DNA from: Balanoglossus misakiensis
Lineage: Eukaryota > Animalia > Hemichordata
Direction: 5' to 3'
Length of the DNA stretch: 64,000 bases
Assembly (NCBI GenBank): GCA_040954595.2
Contig: CM082584.2
Location: 8,017,919 to 8,081,918, forward strand
Position 1 is the first letter of the stretch, and each line of letters begins with the position of its first letter. Both the position numbers and the translations under genes were made by a program. The notes below the pieces were generated by a model. The model was given only the letters and a program-made list of their open reading frames with translations. It made no database searches and was not told the origin of the DNA. Shown piece by piece: positions 1 through 13,504 of this stretch.

Positions 1-3000
1 TATAGAGCTGCTGCTCACCGACGTCATTTGCTATTCATTAAAACAATATATACCGTGTATCGAGGAGTCTGGGAAGTAAGAAGGGATCATTTGGAGGTAA
101 TCCTATAAGGTAATCGACAACTGTTTGAAGAACAGGAGAAGAACGGTGCTTGTTCAGTTGAAGGTCTACGTCATTTTTCTCAACCTGATTTGCGGAGCAG
201 CTTCGGTAAAGGTCATGAGTTGGAACGAGACACCATTTAAAATTGTGATTCGTTGTACCAGTAATATTTCAGGCTGGGAATGCGTTGTTCAAGAAGAATA
301 CATAAAAGGAACCGACGACTCGAAATGCAATCATTAATTCACTGTTTTGCTGATTCAATAACGGCTAAATTAAGTTAAGAGTTATTTACCAAGACTGATC
401 ATTTTGCGGGTATCTTTGTACTTGTTAAGATTGGAAATTAAATCAACAATGCGAATCTGTCATGGATCCGTGTCGCATATTTCAGTCTGCGACCTCGGTC
501 CGCGAGTTTTGCTATTATTAGGACGCAGCTATATCTTGTTCTCAACGCTTCACCGACTGTTGCTTCGTCTCGCCTACTCTCTTCAGTGACATGCGTCACC
601 AGTTTTATCACGTCACGTTTATGGGTACGTCTCCGAAAATAAGGTATGCCTATGACGTCACCAAGGTCGTGTTCGATTCCCTGTCGGAGTCTAGTTAACG
701 GTGTCAGCACGCACATAAAGGTGGAAGGCGAGGCGATTTCGTGAAGGAGATTTATGGTAAATCATTAAGAAAACGCGGTGAAAACTAAATCGTAAATGGT
801 GGGAGCCATTTCTTGATTCAAACGACGATCGTCTGTTTGATAAATACCCACTAAATCATTCGCAATCACTGTTGCACATTTTAGTCACTGTCTTCGTACA
901 GTATTGTTGTTGCTGTTGCTTTAAACTGGACCATTTTTACTCTGAAGACTATTTTGTAAAACAACACTGCCACCCAAACAGATCCTGACCAGATATATCA
1001 ACGTTAATAAAAAACGAAATAAAGCGCTACAACATACAAAGGTTTAAATGTGTAAGGTATCGTCCGACCTGTCTAACTTAATTCCACTTTCCAATCATTA
1101 TGTGTCAGCTCGCATTATCCAACAAAACTGGTATTCGTAAGGGAATACCCTTGGGGATGGCCCTTAGATTCTTCAGAATAATGTGCTACGGGGCACTGTT
1201 CCCGCCGGGCCTTTCATGCAATTTTCTCGAACATGCCCGTCGAAATTGCCATTTCCAGTTTTGAAATTGAATATCCTCAAATCTCCGCGCCGGCGATAGA
1301 TCCCGCTTGTTAGGACGATATCGCGTTGGCAACATTCAATTGTCATAAATAATAAAAAAGAATGTCACGCTGTCTCTGTAAATACAAGTAACCCAGGCGG
1401 CGTATCTGCCTCGCAGGGTTCTGTTATTAACAACCTGGCATGTCATAAGGCACGTCGTGCGTTTCGTTGTGGGTGTAATCTTTACGGTCGCCGATTGGCG
1501 TTGCGATTAAAACGTGAATAACCTGAAATAACCACAGATGCATAGGGGGAGCGATAAGATAGAGGGATTGAAGCCGTATCATAAACTTGATGCACATTCA
1601 ATTACTTATTCTGTATTTATCGTGTCATAAATATTCATTAACTTGATGCGGAGTGTTATTGTAATGTTATCACATATAGTTGAATCTATTGTCATAATAT
1701 ATTTATAGTATGCATCGCGAGGTGTTTTAATTGCTGGGGATAATTTTAAAAATTGATCATAGTGAAAAGGAGCCGAAAACCCATATAAAACAACAGAACT
1801 GTAAGATTTTGCACGTGCAGTGGTGTACGTGTACTTTGGAGCTTTGCCAGGTCGCGCTTTGAACCCCTTTGCATTTTCCTTAATTGAATTTCGATCCTCT
1901 CTATACACGTCAAACGATACCACAATTACCAGTTTCGGACGGAGATGGAGTTTCTATCCTTAGGAGTCGACGGTACTGGACACCAGAATGGGAAAGGCGA
2001 TGCTTGTGATTCCATGAAAGGAAGCACGTCTTTCACATCGCTGACTGATACCGAGAAAGCAACTGGTGCAATCTTTGAGATCGTGGTATTGCCGCTACAC
2101 ACATATTGTAACCCGTTGGATACGTGATCAAAATTTTACAAACCATTTGACTATTCCCGCGTGTAAACCAAAATACTACATGATTCCTTTGACACATTTG
2201 TCATCATGCTTTCGCTTATAAGCTTGGGTTGTCTAAGGCGATGTTTTATAATCAAATTTGTAATAGGCTTTGGATTCCCTACCAAACGGCCCCCTAATGA
2301 TAAATATGCAATATCATATAATGTTCAATTTCCTATAACAGACTTGAAGTGATCGGTGTCACGGTTCCAGTTTGAGAGCCTGTCGCACTTGTTGCTATGC
2401 TGAACATATTCGAGGAAAATAACGTCATATCCTTCTCGCAAGTGTTTAATCCCTTTGACCAGTCTGCACCAGAACAGCTGGAATTCGACATTACATACAG
2501 ATGAACTGATTGCTCAATATATGCACGTATTATATACACAGCATCGACTGTTCCTTGGGACACGAACTCTCATTATAAACAAAACTTGAGAAATATGAAA
2601 CTGATTAAAAACCTGACCCTGAAAAGTACATGTGCATAACAACTTCAATCATTTTAGATGCACGAAAGAGTAATTATGTCCCTGGTTGTTTGGACAGTTT
2701 TATTTCATAGGAAGACGTGTTTACCGTCTTAAAGCCCTACTCGATGATTACATCTTATTTATGTGGTAGGAAATATATTTACTAGATTAAAAAATATCAT
2801 TACGAGAACAAAAGATCGGTCAACTGTTAACAAGCAATTCACTTATCTGATAATTCGAGGATCATTGCTTTAGAAGAGCGGCTTCAATTGTTGTATCATG
2901 GGCAGAGGTCGTCATTTAAGTAGGTCATATAAATGCGTTCTCCAAGTGTCGGCCCGAAACACGCCATATTTGTTAAACGTTGTTACATGTTTTAAAGTCC

Positions 3001-6000
3001 GCTCGTCTGAAATCACTCATCAAGAAATACCGCACTCGAAATATGTTTTGATTAATATACCGGATTTATCTATCGAAAATGTTCCTGTATGCTTTATTCA
3101 TTTTATTACTGACTGATAAATATATCTCCATTCCTTTTTCCTTGGGGATAAACTTTAACGCTGGCCAACTTCCGTTTCAATGACCATGAGTCGGTAAATG
3201 GCAATCGCAATATCCTGGCAAAACAGCGACAGGGAAAGAGAAAAAATGTGATTTGCACCGTCATCACCGCTTCCGCTTGGTGGCAGAAGGAAATGTAATA
3301 TGAATCCTCGTTAAATAATGTTTAAGTTGTGTTTTACGATTCAGCATTTACCGGAGAGAAATAGCGTAGAAACCAGTAAATTATGATGTGGAGGAGATGA
3401 TATGACCATGCATATCTTAAGAGTGGCGGCCCCTGAAGAGCAATGACTCCTGAAAAGGCGGAACAACAATCTCGTCACCAAGGGGGAAAAAGTTATTGGA
3501 TAGTTAACTCATTTGACCCGTGAAACGATAATATGGCGTGTAGGCGATCATCCCGTACAAGCGCCAAATCGCCGCGATCCGTCAGATGGTGTATTTTCTC
3601 GACCGTTACGATAACGCCCGATCGAAATTTAGGCTTACATTTTCGAGATAAATATTACACACGCTAGAGTTACACTCATCAATTCATGTCACTGCGGATT
3701 AATTCACGCCGGTTTAAGTTGATGGTTTGTGTATAGGATATACACGCATTCAGGGACTAATGAACTAACGCGGCATCGTCCAACACGTCGGTAACTGCAT
3801 TCTTGGTGACCGTCGAACCGGCTGTTGATGAATATGCCGAATGTGAAGTGAAACATTTCGACAAGTTCGTTGTCGTGGGTCGCCTGTTCTGAAGTGATGT
3901 TTTTATTTCCAGTAGGGATTTGTAACTTTAATCTGTAGAACCTAGAAGTTGTACACTGTTCCATCGGCAGAATTAGCAGAATATGTCACGTGACCGTTTA
4001 TGAATCTCGCAATATGGTTTTCTGATAGTAATTGCCAAGATTAACCAACCATGACGTTGATTATGTAACACACGCTTTATTTATGTCGTATTAATTGTCT
4101 GACTCATTTGTTTGAATTCAGATTTTCTTTCATTGCTCTCTTTTCCTTTGTCTGCGAAAGTCAACACTGCGGGAGTTTAATTACAGGTATGGCACGGTTC
4201 ACAAATCAGTTTCAAGTCGGCTCCAAATACAGAGACATGCAGGCAAACAATATTGATATTTATGACGGAGGCGATTATCTGTGTTGCCCTTGGCCAATGC
4301 TTATGAACTTCAGTTCGAGTTCCAGGATGAAGATACAAGCCGGTGCCAATAAAGGTCATTCTCATCACTAATGACTGGCACAGGTTTGTTTGCACGTACA
4401 ATCGATTGTGCTTTAGATCAGACCAATATTGCAGCCTCAGATTTATACTCCAATAATCTTTGATGCTGATGTTATTTCCGCGCATGTCGGTTCATTGAAT
4501 ATAGTGGCGACTTGAACTGTGATTCAATTATCTCTTGAATCAGACTCGTGTGGAGAATTCATTGCCTTTCCACATTTGCAAATCCAGGTCGTAAAAAATT
4601 CTCAGAAAGGACGTTTTATTGTAAATCAATTAATTGTTCGTTCGCAATCTGCGACTTGCAGATAAAAAAGCTATTAATTCCGATGATAAGTATCTGGAAT
4701 GTGTTAAAATTCCGCACCAGATATTTTAAAAGCCATAATTTGCAGGCATTATTTATAAACATCTACCAACGTTAAACGAAACACAAAAGATGGCGAAAAT
4801 GTTAGACAACAAACTATTTTTTCCAGGCACTATTTGAGTAGTAACAATGATCTTTTATCGTCTTGGCAGGCAATTTAACGGGAACCCTGGTTAGTAAAGC
4901 AGTCCTACTTCCTGTATTGATGCATCGGACGTGTTAAACTTTAAATGCTATTGTTCTTCAATCATTTGATTAAAGTAAAATCCGTCGAACAATAAACACG
5001 CTGTCAGCCAAATATGGCCGCCTTATTGCGCTTAACAACAGAAAACACTTAATTCCAATTTTCTCCTGTTCCCGGTATCTTTTAATCAAATGTTGAAAAA
5101 ATTGATAGAGCAATAATCAGGCGGCGCTCAATGGATCAAATTGGGCCGCGGTACGGAGTTATATGTTAGATTTATGAGGCAGTACAATGTATACACCTAA
5201 GTGATTTCTAGTAACAGAACAATTATGTGTATCGCCGAGTTGGGATAAAATCTTTCAACTATTGAAACGCAAGGTAATATTCAAAGTTTTACGACTTGAG
5301 ATAATTGTATTGGTTTGCTATTTATGACTACATGTATCATTTAACGAACAAAATCTAGGCATACCCAATAGACCTAACTGTGTGTTTTACTTGGCCACCG
5401 AGAGATCGAGGCTATGCTTGGTGACTTTCTATACTTACTTCATACAGTGTATTCCATGTGAGCAATAAAATTCCCCATCATGCAGCTCAGGTATGTAGAG
5501 AACCAATCTCCTTGCGAGAGTTAGGGAACTTTCTACTGTTTCCAAACAAGGCATAAATATAATTCATAGGGAAGACAGATGGCACATAAAGTGGCGTCAA
5601 AATGTTTGACGCAACGAAAGAGTGCGACAGACGAAAGGTCGAGACACTATAATTGAAACTGTCTGGGGAATGCGTGTACTAACGTATTAAGTTTGGTGGG
5701 TTGTCTCGCTCATACTATAACATTATTGACGCGTTCGAGACGTTGCGTTCGCGACGTTAACGCAATAAAGCGTTCTCAAATAGATTACCGCAGCCACCAT
5801 GAATGAACGAACGAACAATTAAATAAATACATTTTGTAAATAAATAACTATTTTTCCACAGATCGGTATCACACACATTGAAAGGTTAATGACCTCTAGA
5901 TAAAGAGAGACCTCTTAACCTATAGACCGTGTAACTATAAAAGGGGTCGGTTATCACAATGTACAAAAAGTGTGCCACTTCATGATTAAGCAAATATCAG

Positions 6001-7989
6001 CACAATTCAGTTTGTGAATTCACACGGAACAATTTAAGTGTTTCAATTGATGCATTTGGACATGTGACGACAGTAAATTATCGCGAATACCTTTCACGTT
6101 ACACCGAATACCATATGTTACCATCTGGACACAATGGTAACTGTATACATCATTGTGAATTGGATTATATAGAACTCAGCATTAAAATGATGGAGATGAA
6201 TTGTTCATGTCACACTTTATAATGCTTATATACATACAGAGCAGACAACTGTATGGAATTACATTTTTTCTATCACTTATCCACGTACAGACCCCTAAAA
6301 TATATATTTTCCTAAGGATCAGATATATGTGAAAAGCATCATCGAGAACCTTTGAAAAATTGATTAAGTATAATACCCGGAAAGAAGTTAATGCATTGAA
6401 GAGATTTTTCCCATTAGCGAAAATTAGCAGCATGACCTGTTATTCATTTGATACTTGTCCTGTTGAGATCATAGACGTGCAAAACTTGAAAGTTACCATA
6501 GTATGAGGCGGTTTTCTATAGAGCAGACAGAGAATGACGCTCATTGAAATTTTATGGCGATTAACGATTATCATCTTCTCGAAAGGAAAAATTCCAGACA
6601 CAATTGAGTTATAGCTAGCTGCCATATGGCGCACAAATACTTAAACGTAACCGTGGTGACGGATATACCTTGCCCTTATATTTTTTATACGCCCATTGGA
6701 GCGTCGGCCAAAGAAAGTGGCAGGAGACGCGACGCGACGCGACGAGTGAAAAGCACACGCATCACACCGTCAATCCATTTGCAAGCACTTAGAGTAAATG
6801 CAAGCTCCTTTTCGTAGATGCATTGCTGATACAAAATAGTCGATGATTGATTCTGTGTCATATTATGTTATTTGTGCAGATAACTCCCCCCCCCCCCCCA
6901 CCGCCCTCCAGCACTGCAGACTGACGCCGTTACCCCGTGCTACTTCGACCACCCCGGGGTTATTTTGACTCTTACTTTACTAGTAATCGCCCGAGGGTTG
7001 GAAAATTGTTAATTAACGATAATCTGGTTTCGGTTAAAACCTCAATTCATCATAATCATTAATCGCATATGTAATGGTGAAACCAAACTGTGTGATGCGA
7101 TACAATCTTAATGCTGGCATGAAATTATACTATTGACCCATAAACCGTGGAATCCTGCATTCCCATCGTTCTGTTCAATCACCAACTTTCCCTGCCCTGT
7201 AGCTTATAATTATAAGTAGGCGATTTATTTTCATGACACAAATGTACATTTTAGTACGCGCCGTCGCGATTTTGCCAACCGCAGAACTAATGGAATTGTT
7301 TAGAGTAGATGTGCCTCCGATAGTGTACCGTATTACGCGTAGGTCGCCCAATACAAATGTCGCGGTAAAATGGTGTACCAACACGTATTCGCCGGTATTA
7401 CCCTCAACGCGATAGAAACGAAAGTAGTAAATGACATCACATGAAATATTGCTCTCTTCAACGTGAAAATTGAAACACGATAACAATCATGCAAGGTATT
7501 TCTGATTTATTTAGAGTGCCACTTTATGGAGCTCCTATACAACTCTCTAGCACAGAGAGTCCTAGATCGAGATCCTCGAGGTGCAAATGGGTGGCGCAAC
7601 ATTTCTTACACTTCTGTTCATCCTTGAAGCCTCTAGAGCCATGACTGTTTGCATTAATTTCAAGATTTGTTTCCAATTTAAATTGTGCCATCTAAATAAG
7701 CTTTCTGATAGGTATATATTGGCACAACTGGTCGCGTTCAAGTGATTTTCTATAGGTATATGCATGCATTCGAAATATACAGTTCTTTTATCATTGGAAG
7801 CCAGGTAATTCTTATGGTCTGAAGATTTTATCCCACTACCTCTATTTCTATATATCAGCTTTTCAATATCTGTATGCTCGTGTACATGAGAAATGCATTA
7901 AAGTTGACCCACAACACCAAATGAAAATTCATTTGTATGTGAGGCCTTACAAATTTTCTGAATGCCATGTCACTTTAATCTTAATACAG

Positions 7990-9707
7990 ATTTTTCGTCA
8001 TTGTTCATCCCTTACAAGCGAAGGCTTACGTCACGCCCGGTCGGGCTCGGAAGGTGATCATTACACTGTGGATAGTGGCGATGATATATAGTTTCCCGCC
8101 CCTCTATTACAAGGTAAGCAGATGAATGTTAATGGAAATTTAATTACTGGTGCGATTGCGTCAATAAATCATTGCAGAGGAAAAATCCGTAGGTCTACCG
8201 AATGCATTTACACATTTGCATGCCATTAACATTTCTATTGTTCAATTTTCACACTCAACTCTTCTTTTGTTTTCCGAGCCACCTGGTCCTGCAAATATTT
8301 TCTCATTTGAATACCCCATGATTCTCTGTTCATTCCACGAGTGCATCTGAAGAAGGGGACTACATGTTCCCGAAAGCTTGTGCTGAAATTTAACTGTTGA
8401 TCAAAGAGTGCTACAGAACTTTATTGCAATTATTAAATGTATAATCGTTGCAGAAACACTACAGGTGGAACTTCGGTGGCCACCCAGTGTTCTACACCTG
8501 CAACAACGACTGGCCGAACGAAACGATGGGAAAGGCCTACTCCTTGTACCTTCTACTCGGAATGTATTTACTACCGCTGTTCGTCATGGCTTTCTGTTAC
8601 ACGCGGATCATCTACGAGTTGTGGATAAGTACGCGGCGCTGCAAGAAACTCCAGCACAGACAGGACCAGGCGAAGCGCGACCAGTACGGCAAGAGCCCGC
8701 TGCCCTCACGGCGGCAGAACGGCCACCCGAACGGGATCGACGTGACGGTGGCCGTGAATGGTGTTGTCGACGGCGGCGAGGAGGCGGATTTAGAAGACCA
8801 ATGGAAAGTTCCGCAGCAGCCCAATGGGATGAAACCGAAAAGGGACGCGGACCAAGGACGAAAACAGGTGCATATATGTCGTGTCTTGAATTTCACACCC
8901 AATGGCGTGATACATGTATATACATTGTAAACTGAATTGAGATTTATGATTCAATCTCTCTCTCTCTCTCTCTGAATATCTCTCTGTCCCTCCCCACAGG
9001 TGATTATTATGCTGATTGTGGCTGTTTCGCTCTTCATGATTTGCTGGGGTCCTGTCTTGTGGCTGTTGTTTGCCATAGAGTTTGAGTACGTGAAGAGATA
9101 CAGCACGCTGAAGACTTATCTGGGCATCGCCTTCAACTTGCTGTCCTACCTCAACAGTTGCATGAACCCCATCTGCTACGCCTTCATCTCGCGCACCTTC
9201 AGGGAGTGTTTCTACTGGGCGTTCGCGACGGGCTGCAACGGGGCCCCTCCCCACTCGAACGCCGCCACCAACTTCACCAAGAGCACCGCCACCTCGATGT
9301 ACCGGCCGATGTCCCTGCAGAGGATGGCGAACTTCGAGTTGACCGTCACGCCGGACGCGAGCCCGATGTTCGAGAGGCGGCGTTCCTCGAGGCCCACGAC
9401 CTTACTGCTGGCACGACGTCCCAGCCAGGACTCTCAGGGGCTAGCCACCCCGTCGCCGGCGCCGAGTCCGGTCTCCGGCAGGCTAGTCTGCCCCCGCCAA
9501 TCCTCTCCTCGGCAAAGCCCGCTCGCTGCGAACAAAAATCTTCTATCGTCACCGAGCAAGAGTCTCACAAATAACGGACAACAGACACACAGCGCAAAGC
9601 CCAACTCACCAGACATATCGAAAAGCCCCGTCTTCAAGAAACATCGCGAGGCAGTTAAAAGGGAACTGTCATTGGTTGACGAAGCAACTGAATTCACAGG
9701 AACCTAA
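7990..9707 (+). CDS. Class A peptide GPCR, tandem copy 1 (QRFP/CCK/orexin-receptor-like orphan), 5'-partial; exons 7990-8113, 8454-8867, 9000-9707
   Basis: Exons are flanked by AG/GT and join in frame. Exon 2 (missed by the ORF track) reads (R)FFVIVHPLQAKAYVTPGRARKVIITLWIVAMIYSFPPLYYK. TM5 YLLPLFVMAFCY, TM6 CWGP, TM7 NSCMNPICYAF. Intron positions match copies 2 and 3. Exon 1 (TM1-TM3) was not found in 1-7989; the paralogues have 5.4 and 9.6 kb first introns, so it probably lies upstream of the window. Confidence 0.9.
8954..8974. repeat. (CT)n microsatellite in the polypyrimidine tract of GPCR copy 1 intron 3
   Basis: tctctctc run just upstream of the acceptor at 8999. Confidence 0.8.
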
Positions 9708-11355
9708 TTCCAAATTGTTTATATAAATTCTTATTTTATTCCTGCTTTCTATGATATAAATATGTATATAATATTGTTACGTTTTTCTGTTTTGTGCGAA
9801 GCAGCGAGCCAGTAGCTCAGTTATTTCTGCTTTCAGCTAAAGTACACGTATAGGGTCTGTATCGATTGAACTTCTGAATTTTGGCCTCAGACAAAATATG
9901 AGCTGGTACCAGCAACTCACCCAACGCACGCTGAAAAACAAAGACACATCTAAATGCACTGTACAAAATGTAGAACATTTGGACTATGCAAAGACCAAAA
10001 AAAAAACCAAAGGGGCCTGCCTCAATATTTACATCCATTGATGACCCATGGTACGACATGACCAATACAACATGTAGTTTATACATAGAAAAGCGATTGA
10101 CCAAAAAGCACTGTGATATGGCAACATATCCGAACAAATTTCTAGCGAAATATACCTCTGATGATTTTTAATAATGTTGTGACCCAACAAGAGAATAATA
10201 TAATCCACCGAATATGTTACCGTTTTTTTCTCCTTGAAAATGTCTACTCTATGTGTTCCAGCTATACATTTTTTTTTCAATGCATTTTCTTTATTCATGT
10301 CAATAAAGGGTACATGCATTTCACTGACAGAATCTTTATTCTACATGGCATTTGGAATGTACATTAACCAGGAGATTGTGTCTCAAATTTGTCAAATGTG
10401 AATGTCATCTATCTCTGACGCCGCCTTGGTGATAGACTGTCTTTCTTTTTAGAATGCATTTGATGGGCGACACCTATTAGGAAGGTGTGCAATCTGGTTC
10501 GGCACACAATTATCCAAACTCATTACATGCCCTGGTGCAACTCTGTGTGTATATATAGTCACCAATATTCTATCAGGTGAACGACGTCTTTCTCTCGACG
10601 AAGGAAACAAATAGAACGTTGTAATTGAGCTTTTAAATCGACGCTGTCGGCGGCCGTGCGTGCTTTTATCGCGAAGATAATGAGCGAAACCTTTTTCTCG
10701 ATTGAATGGGCAGCCGGCCTCACTTGGACCACGTCCACGAGTATACTAGTTAGCCGTTATCGGGCACCTGTGATGAAATTTGCATTCAGATTACATGAAC
10801 AATGAAGACGACAGAAAGGGAACGTCTAGCCGAAGCACGCGCTTGTCTATGCAAATAATGTGTGTCACAGTATACACGTGTTGACTGGCCATAAGGGCAA
10901 CGGCATACGTCTGAAACCCGATGGACTGTGAGTCACCCCCAAAAAAACAGACGAGGCCACATGGTATGCTTATCACAGTTGTTAATGCAAACGTAGTGAA
11001 ATAACGGAATATGTGAAGTTCCAGAGGCCACTCTAATGACGTCACTTTCGACTAGTTACAGGAAATACAAGATTTTTATTTTTATTTGGTCACAGGAGGG
11101 CGCCCCAAATAATAAGGGATTTTGATTTTCGAGAAAACATGAATCACTGACTTGTAGCCTGTTATATTAGTACAAGTCTTTCGTATCAGTCTCACCTTGG
11201 GAAAACTAATAAATAATCTCGATTCGACGTTCTTTTAGACACTGGGTCAAACTCGATAACTCTTCATATGCGTGTTGTTCGTGTAGAAATAAGAACAACG
11301 TCACGTTTTGTCACTGAGGTAAGAACACAGTTAGTGCCCAGTCGACAAGCGAAAA

Positions 11356-13504
11356 ATGTTCTCAGTACTTAGAATCTTGCCACGGTCGCTGGCGGATATC
11401 AAACGATGCAACGTTAAGCTTTTGTCTCGAGTAACAAGCGCTTACGGTCAACCGACGTTCGTTCATCGGGAAAAGTTGGACGTGCCTCCGGGCTGGTCAG
11501 CTCGACTCGCTGGTCGTAAATATGTACCGGGGGCCTCGAATCCCGAGAACAAGTACCCTGAATTCATAGCACCCCCGAAGCCAAACTTTCCAGCGCTCTA
11601 CGAGGCGGAGAATGGTGATGTTGGGTCTACGGCAGAATGGGCGAAGGCCGCTCGAGAAATCATCGAAAATAAGCTCGTTGAGTATGGGGCTATCTTGTTC
11701 AGAGGAATGCCTGTGTATGGTGGGGGAGGTTTTTCGGAATTCATTCTGAGTCTTGGTTACTCACCAATGAAATACAAAGGTGGGATTGGCGTGCGTCACA
11801 AAGTAGCTACAGATGTATATACTGCTAGTGATGAACCACCAGAATACACCATCCCACCCCACAACGAAATGTCATATTCGAAAGTCTACCCACACAAGGT
11901 AAGGCAACATTCGAGTACAGGTACAACTAAATTCTTAGTCCTTGGCCTAAATACGATGTGAATGATTTAAATGTATGTAGATATAGTTTTGTTACTGTCG
12001 ACAACCGCTTGGCTCTTTTGGCCATTGTTTCGCGTGACAATGTTTGGCGTGGCACAACGGCGCTCGACCCAGAGGTCGTGCCGGCGCGTGACTGTGACAC
12101 TCCGCCGTCGGTGATGTGCCGTAACCTTGCATATAGTGACTGATACCACTCGCGTTATGAATAGCTCAAAAATCAACCATCGGTTTTAAACGCATTCAAG
12201 TCGTTTATACACCGGTACTGTCTTCTCCTCGAGAAGAAAATGCGGAATAGTTCGCGTCACGTACAATCTTCGCCCTTTGAAGATCAACCATAAATGCTAG
12301 AGCGCCCATATGCGGCCGATTGTATGGGGTATTTTGTTTTACACACTTCATTATAAAATTTCGGTCTGCGCATTTTCTCGTTCATAACGAAAGCACCAAC
12401 ATTTATTTTGAATCTCTGATAAAGAAACGTCAACGTGCAGCAAGAGAGCGTTTTCATAATTACAAACATAACACAAACAGCAGTTAATATGTTTCCATTT
12501 TTTGATGTTGTTTTTTGGCAGTTGTTTTTCTACTGTGACATCGCACCCCAGCCTGGCTGTGGTGGCGAGACCGGCCTCACCAAGGTGAAAGACATTCTTC
12601 ACAATCTCGACCCGAAGGTTGTTGAGAAGTTCAGACAACGTGAAGTGATGTACCGGTATTTTTATCCATCACGGGAAAAGAGTAACTACAAAAGTTGGCA
12701 AGAGGTACTTCCATGCAGATTTGATACATCCGTTTTCCATCTTTCTAAAACAAGATAATTATCTTTGAACATTGGTTCACCTGAATTCTCACAGGAATGA
12801 AATCTCCAAATTAAAAATATCATTTTTCAAAATTGGCCTCTTGTTTATACACCGACAGACGTTTGTCACTGATGACAGAAGTGAGGTGGAGAAGTACATG
12901 AAGAGACTGAATTATAACTTTGAGTGGCACGACGACGGGGCACTGTCGTATTCGGTTGTACTGCCAGTGTTTCACAAACATCACACAACGGGTGAGTACA
13001 CATTTTTGAACCCTGATCTTACCAATATCTATATCAGCAGGTGAAATGAACTGATCTATCATTAAACTTGAACTTGCAGATTTGCACACTGCTACATGTA
13101 AATATGGTCCACATTTTTCGCCAGCTGAAGGCTAAACCAAAAAGGGGAATGAACGAACGAACTAACATTGGTAACCAGTTCACGCCCCGTGTTCTCTTAC
13201 AGGCGAAGAATTGTGGTTTAACCCCGTGACTGATCACCACGCCACATCCCTTACTGTACACCCCACATTCGCCGATGACAAGCACCGCCCCTACAAGCGC
13301 TACCCGTTCCACTCATTATACGGCGACGGCAGCGAGATTGAACCTGACGTCGTCCAGAAAATGCGTGACGTCATCTGGCAGGTCTCGGTCGGTTTTCAGT
13401 TGCAGAAGAGAGATGTCCTTGTCTGCGACAACATGCTCGTTCAGCACTCCCGGCTCGGTTTCACTGGGGAACGAAGGTTGCTGGCTGCACTGACCAGCAA
13501 TTGA
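11356..13504 (+). CDS. TauD/TfdA-family Fe(II)/2-oxoglutarate dioxygenase (DdaC/SyrP/clavaminate-synthase-like), about 386 aa; exons 11356-11898, 12522-12704, 12859-12991, 13203-13504
   Basis: Canonical GT-AG introns in phases 0, 0 and 1. Motifs YGAILFRG, VYTASDEPP, iron triad H-x-E (PHNEMSY) plus distal His (DNMLVQHSR), 2OG-binding Arg (GERRLL), LFFYC..P..GGET, ELWFN. The N-terminal 30 aa are Arg/Ser/Leu-rich and nearly acid-free, like a mitochondrial presequence. Confidence 0.92.

Noticed and set aside
5594-5612. Perfect hairpin GCGTCAAA-ATG-TTTGACGC
   Set aside because: An isolated 8-bp stem is expected by chance; no Helitron CTRR end follows and no second copy was seen.
1-7989. Search for exon 1 of GPCR copy 1 or other genes
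   Set aside because: No TM1-TM3 coding segment found; short ORFs here lack codon bias and motifs. Most likely intron 1.
8408-9697. Overlapping ORFs on both strands across GPCR copy 1 exons; likewise 38350-38751 antisense to the KCNE-like gene
   Set aside because: Explained by codon bias of the real genes.
11091-11106. CTCF-like motif upstream of the dioxygenase
   Set aside because: Several mismatches in the core; cannot be supported from sequence alone.
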